From Dictyostelium discoideum (lineage: Eukaryota), in the NCBI GenBank assembly GCA_000004695.1, contig CM000153.2:224001-288000 (forward strand): a stretch of DNA of 64,000 nucleotides. Reading direction: 5' to 3'. The notes below the pieces were generated by a model. The model saw only the letters and a program-made list of their open reading frames with translations. It ran no database searches and was not told where the DNA came from. This document shows positions 58,275-64,000 of this stretch, one piece after another (the first letter of the stretch is position 1; every line of letters starts with the position of its first letter). A program made the position numbers and the translations under genes.

Positions 58275-59095
58275 ATGGAAGCAGTTGAAAAATTAATTGA
58301 CCATAAGTTAAGTCAAGAAAGAGAGAGACAATGTATAATTAAATTCCAACAACTTCAAAAAACTGGCGATGACTATTTTGTATTAGCTGAAGAATATTTT
58401 TCAAGAAATGGAAATAAAAATGTTAGTCGTAGTATTATTCCAAATGATATTCAAGTAATGACTAATGAACAACTTAATTCTTCACTTCAATTTCAATTAA
58501 TGATTTATCGTGATAAAATAACTGATGGTTTAATTTATTTTAAGGAAGAAAGTGAATTAGTAAGTTTTTTAATATTAATTCATTTATTATTAAAAAAATT
58601 TTTATTAATTATTCTTTTTTTAAAAAAAAAAAATAAAAATAAAATTAATAAAAAAAAAAGATTAATACCATTGGTTTTTATATTTTAACAGCTTCACAAT
58701 ATCTTTGTTTACAAAGAGATTGTCATCTTTATGGTAAAGAATGGGGTTTCAGTGATTTTGATGTTGAAGATGCAAAAAAAAAAATTCATGATTATACAAT
58801 AGAATTTTTTGAAATCACTGTTAAATCAGGTTGGAAACTTTCCCGTCATATGCATAGCGAAGAAACTTCCCCAATTTTTGGTTATTATAGACCACCATAC
58901 TTTGATGTTGTAAGAAAATTCAAAAATGCAGACTTTACCTATTATCCTCATAGAGCATTTGATTACCAAAGAAATGTTGGTGAAATTCATTTTAATTGTG
59001 GTGATGAAAGAGGTTCCCATTTACTTTACCCAGGTTTAATTGTAGGGTTTTCTCAAGTTACCAATAGTTTATCTTCTGGGTTTAAAGTAATTTAT

Positions 59096-59133
<38 letters not shown>

Positions 59134-59546
59134 TAAAATTTATATTAATTTATATTTTTATTATTTATTTTCCAATAAAGGGACTTACCGCAGGAACTTT
59201 AAATTTACAAGTAACTTTGATTGTAAAGTTTGAAAGTATTAAAAAAAGATCATTTAAAGTTAAGATACATCATCATATTAATGGCAATGCTACGTGGGTT
59301 GTTGAAAGTGGTCCTGTCTCAGAAGTGTTAAGTTTTAATCAAGGTACTGAAAAAGAATTTAGAAACTCTTACTTTGTTTATAATGAAAGTTTGCAAAATC
59401 CACCACATGCTACTAATGAATCCAAGCTTATTACAGTAGAAAATGAACAAGTCACATTTAAATGTATTAGATCTATGAATGGTGGTACAAAAACTGGGTA
59501 TGATGCAGGTTCAAAACTATATTTAATTGAACTTATTTTTGATTAA
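58275..59546 (+). CDS. hypothetical protein ~360 aa, 3 exons (58275-58559, ~58661-59088, ~59180-59546), beta-rich C-terminal domain of unknown family
   Basis: ATG-MEAVEKLIDHKLSQERERQCIIKF...EESEL is followed by a GTAAGT donor. Exon 2 reads INTIGFYILTASQYLCLQRDCHLYGKEWGF...HFNCGDERGSHLLYPGLIVGF...SGFK, followed by a GTAATT donor. Exon 3 reads GLTAGTLNLQVTLIVKFESI...TFKCIRSMNGGTKTGYDAGSKLYLIELIFD*. Confidence 0.5.
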
Positions 59547-59813
59547 TTGGAAACACAAATGGCCTCTTGGTTGTAGATTGATTTGATGATGTACTCATAC
59601 ATCCTATTAAGTCCTATTAAACTAAAAATAAAATAATAAATTTAACTTTTGGCACTTTTTTTGAAATTGTTGTGAAAAAAAAAAAAAAAAAGTTTTACAC
59701 ATATTAAATTATTTAAATTATAATAGTAAATAATAATAAATTATTTTATTATTTTATTTTTATCGTGTTGTTTTTTTTTTTTTTTTTTGAAACATATATA
59801 TGGGTGTTTAATT

Positions 59814-60771
59814 TTAAAAGATATCAATTTTAACACCTTTACCATTCCAAATGTAAGTACCTGATGAACCAGAAGAACCAGATGTATAAGATGGACCATC
59901 TGATGAATCTGGGAATGAATCAGATTGTGAACCTGCTGTGGTGGTTGTGAATGAATCTGATCCTGATTCAGATTGTGATTGTGATTGTGATTGTGATTGT
60001 GATTGTGAGCCAGATTCAGATTGTGAGCCAGATTCAGATTGTGAATGTGAACCAGATTCAGATTGTGAGTGTGAACCGTGATGACCAGAGGTTGCATGTG
60101 ATGATGATGATGTTGATGGACCTGTTGTATGACCACCACCAGTTGTTGATGCGTGAGTGGTAGATGGACTTGTTGAACCACCACCAGTGGTAGAGGTTGT
60201 GACGTGAGATGTTGAACCACCACCAGTGGTAGAGGTTGTAGCATGGGATGTTGAACCACCACCAGTGGTAGTTGTAGTTGTTGGAGTTGGATAACCAACA
60301 TAAAAACCAAAATTAGCAATAACATTCTTTAATGGGACAGTATTATTATAAACTGCTTGAGTTACGTATGTTGCACCTTTGAATAAACTAACTACATTAT
60401 CACAACTACTCATTTTAACTAAGAATTTATCATTATAAACTGGTAATGATTTACAAATTACTGTGTTTTGACCATTCATTTGTTCAACAAAACTTAAACT
60501 AATAATACCTGGTGATACAGATGCTTGGAAATCCATTGCTTCAGCATTTGAAATCCATGGAATTGAATTTTGAATAACAAATCCTGTACCTGATCCTTGT
60601 GGTACACTAAATGTTGAGAAATTTGAAACTACTGATGTTGCAGTTCTTGTTAATTTAACAATGGTTTTACTTCCACTATTCTCTTCCCATTTCATATAAT
60701 ATGCAATACTAATATCTTGTGGTTCAACATTTAATGCATAAATTGAAACTGTTAAATTTAAATTTCCCCTA

Positions 60772-60812
<41 letters not shown>

Positions 60813-61242
60813 TTAGATATTTTTAAAATCAAAATCTAAAAATCTCTCACTTTTGGGAAAAAAAAAAAAAAAATGGTGGGGGAAAATTGATTTTTTTTTT
60901 ATATACATACGAAATTTGAACTAAATATGGTGATGGGAAAACTAATTGATTTTCAATATTTGAAGCAGTGAATGATACAATTTTTCTACCACTACTTGTG
61001 AAATCAATTGTGCATGTAGAAATGAAGTTATGGTTAAAAGCTTGATTTGATGTTTTATTTAAAATGACAACTTGGACACCTTCCAAATTAAATGATGATG
61101 CTGGAAGTGCAATATTTGAAAAAGTTTGACTAACAAATTTACTTTTTGAAACTAATCCAAAATCAACTATGTTTGAAAAAACATCCTTTTAAAAAAAAAA
61201 AAAAAATTTATTAATGTTTGGAATTTTTTTTAAAGTAGAAAG

Positions 61243-61283
<41 letters not shown>

Positions 61284-61337
61284 CATACAGCATTGATTAA
61301 GGAGATTAAAGAAATAACAATAAATAATAAAGAAAGA
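59814..61337 (-). CDS. secreted protein with a Thr/Gly/Ser-rich mucin-like linker and SQSE/SQSQ repeats; 3 exons (~61281-61337 signal peptide, ~60920-61192, 59814-~60780)
   Basis: Exon 1 reads ATG-MKTLSLLFIVISLISLINA, then a GTATGT donor. Exon 2 reads DVFSNIVDFGLVSKSKF...SPYLVQI, then a GTATGT donor. Exon 3 reads SGNLNLTVSIYALNVEPQDISIAYYMKWEENSGSK...TTTTGGGSTSHATTSTTGGGSTS...SQSESGSQSQSQ...IWNGKGVKIDIF*. Confidence 0.6.
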
Positions 61338-61385
61338 GTCTTCATTCTTTGTTTTTTTTACAGATAGTCACAGATATTATTGAAG

Positions 61386-61425
<40 letters not shown>

Positions 61426-61638
61426 GTTTTAAAAAAAAAAAAGAAAAAAAAGAAAAAAAAAAAAAAAAAAATAATCCCCTGATATTTTTAAATTTCCGAC
61501 CTTTGACCTTTTAAAATTGAACCCCTGGTAATCACTTAAAAATTAATACCAAAAAATTTTAAAAAAAAAAAAAAAAACTATTATCATTTTCTTTTTTTAT
61601 TACTACTTTTCATTTAATAAAGATCATCTATAAAAGTA

Positions 61639-61674
<36 letters not shown>

Positions 61675-62154
61675 AGTTATACATTTTTAATACCAAAAAA
61701 AAAAATAAAAAATAAAAAATAAAAAATAAAAATGATGACAAAAAAATAAATTTCAAAATATTAGATCCAACAAGCAAATATGGCAACATTTATAATTTAC
61801 AAATAATCAAAAAAAAAATAAAAATGAATAAAAAAAAGTATATATTTGCATATAACCCAATAGTATTTATTTTATTTTAATTTAATTATTTTTTTTTTTT
61901 TTTAATAAAATTCATTATTATGAAATATCGCATATTAAAGATTTCACTATAATTTTTAGTATATTAACGTGGGTACCAATTTTTAAACAAATTTTAAAGA
62001 CAACCTTTATTTTCGATAAGTGGGTGTACCAAGTGAACTTTATATAAAAAAGTAACAATCCTTAAAAATTGATTTTTTTAAATTTTAATACAAACTGTTT
62101 TGAAAAAAAAAAAAAAAAGTAAAAAAAAAAAAAAAAAGTAAAATTTTTTAGAAG

Positions 62155-62185
<31 letters not shown>

Positions 62186-62559
62186 AAAAAAAATATTACA
62201 ATAAATTAAATCATTAAATTAATTATTAATAAAATATCCTTTTACATGTAAATATTCATATATTTTAATTTTTTTTTTTATTTTATTTTGTTTTTTTTTT
62301 ATTTTTATTTTTATTTTTATTTTGTTTTTTTTTATTTTTTTTATTATTTTATTTTTTTTTTTGAATTTTTTTTATTTTTATTTTTCATTTTTTTATTTTT
62401 TTTTTTTTATTTTATTTTTTTAATTTTTATCCAACAGTTATAATTTTTTTATTATTTTTTTTTTTTTAAAAAAAAATAACAAAACTCATTAAGATAAAAG
62501 AAAATATATAAATTATTATAAAAAAAAAAAAAAAAAAAAAAAACAAAAAAAAAAAAAAA

Positions 62560-62591
<32 letters not shown>

Positions 62592-63109
62592 AAATATCCA
62601 AAGAAATTCAGGGTATAAAAAAAAAAAAAAAAACAAAATAAAAAAAAATTAGAAACACCAATATGTGGAGTTTAAAATATAAGAACATAAAAAAATAATA
62701 AATAAAATAAATAAAATTCTTTTTTTTTTTTTAATACTATTTACTTAAACTTTTACATATACCTAAAACATACTCAAGTTTATACAAAACATAAAAAAAA
62801 AAAAAAAAATGGAAAATGGTATGCTTTTTTATATTATTTCATAATATAGGGCATCATTTTTATAATGATTTTATCGTATTTTTATATTAATACATTTTTT
62901 AATTTTAAACTTCTATATTTAAATTTTAAACTTTTTTATTTTTATTTTTATTTTAATTTTAATTTACTTTCCTTTTTTAATTTATTTTTTTCTTTATTTT
63001 TTTATTTTTTTTAATTTTTAATTTTTTATTTATTTATTTATTTATTTAATTATTTATTTATTTATTTTTAAAATAATCAAATAAATAAAAAAAAAAAGAT
63101 GAAAGAGCT

Positions 63110-63490
63110 TCATTAATAAATAATAATTATGATAGTGCTGAAAATGAAAGTGATTTTATTAATGAAAGCTTAGATAACAATAGTAATGAAACTTTTGAAG
63201 TGAATGGCAGTGGAAGAATTAATAATTATTACAATTTAATTAAAACTCCATCAATATCATCATCACCCCTAATTGAATCATCATTATCCTATCAAAAACA
63301 ATCACCACCGCCACAAGAAAAACCACCAGATACTCAACTACCATCATTACAAGAACAACAACAAGAACAACAACATCAACAATCACAAGAACAAAAACAA
63401 CCATCACAAGAACAAGAACAACAACTTCAAGAACAACAACCTACAATATTTAAAAGAATGTGGGATCTCTTTTTTTCTTCATCGCCTCCA

Positions 63491-63565
<75 letters not shown>

Positions 63566-64000
63566 TTAAATAATAATATAAATAATAAAAAAACCGATAA
63601 TAGCCCTATTAATAGAAATTTAAACTCATCTATGGAATTTGTAGATGAAAATCAAAAACATATGAAAGAACAAAGAAATGATGATGATGAGGCTTCATCG
63701 TCATCATCAGCATCATCATCATCGTCATCAAGATTCAGGCAAAATAATAATAATAATAATATCAATAATAGTAACAATAGAAACAATAGTATAAATAATA
63801 GTGATCAAGAGAGAGAAAAGGATCACGAGCAAGTGAATAGAATATATGATTTATTCTTTTCATTATCAGCAATAGGTAATGATGAAGACAATGATGACGA
63901 TGATGATGATGATGAAGGAGAAGAGCAAGATGATAATAGAATATATAAACAAGTAAATAAAAAGAATGTAAATAGAACAAATATAAAATATAATAATTTA
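63110..64000 (+). CDS. partial ORF (runs off the window end) encoding an N/Q/D/E-rich low-complexity protein with a repeated R(M/I)(W/Y)DLFFS motif
   Basis: One open frame with no stop from ~63110 to the window end: ...QEKPPDTQLPSLQEQQQEQQHQQSQEQ...TIFKRMWDLFFSSSPP(N)n...EQVNRIYDLFFSLSAIGNDEDNDDDDDDDEGEE.... No in-frame ATG was identified, so the start probably lies in an upstream exon. Not in the ORF track. Confidence 0.3.

Noticed and set aside
63273-63569. ORF MNHHYPIKNNHHRHKK... in the track
   Set aside because: It is the wrong frame through the Q/N-rich region. The adjacent frame (see feature 63110-64000) is longer, stop-free and carries a repeated motif.

Overview
The window is about 78% A+T, with long poly(A)/poly(T) runs, (AAT)n/(ATT)n microsatellites that are translated as poly-Asn/poly-Gln inside genes, and short AT-rich spliceosomal introns (GTAAGT...AG). 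These features mark it as a gene-dense segment of the Dictyostelium discoideum nuclear genome. It is eukaryotic, so there are no operons or CRISPR arrays, and I found no rRNA or tRNA genes. The ORF track accepts TTG/GTG starts, so several listed 'M' residues are internal to exons, and window coordinates may be off by 1 nt in places. About 24 protein-coding loci are supported. Housekeeping genes are enolase, a class I PI3-kinase of 1857 aa, exportin-T, a CLPTM1 homologue, a FolD-type methylene-THF dehydrogenase/cyclohydrolase, an ERI1-like DEDDh exonuclease, a carboxylesterase, an EF-hand protein, a protein kinase and an MIT-domain protein. Alongside these is a cluster of secreted or GPI-anchored/type-I membrane glycoprotein genes. 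The most interesting items are (i) an intron-containing gene on the minus strand at 8444-10752 that encodes a solo chromovirus-type integrase (HHCC, DDE, GDxV and chromo-like domains) fused to an AT-hook and an SPxK-repeat tail, with no RT/RNaseH/protease nearby, which looks like a domesticated integrase. (ii) A tandem pair made of an intact gene with a repeated IPT/TIG-plus-EGF module and a truncated, frameshifted paralogue (tgr-like architecture). (iii) A class-II Fic (AMPylase-type) gene with an intact inhibitory (S/T)xxxE(G/N) motif and HPFxDGNGR core, but with a 1-nt frame break in a T6 run. (iv) An orphan pyruvate-kinase first exon with no downstream exons. (v) A dispersed ~200-bp repeat and GC-richer intergenic islands with DUSE-like CCCACA motifs and oligo-T ends, which are candidate ncRNA loci.
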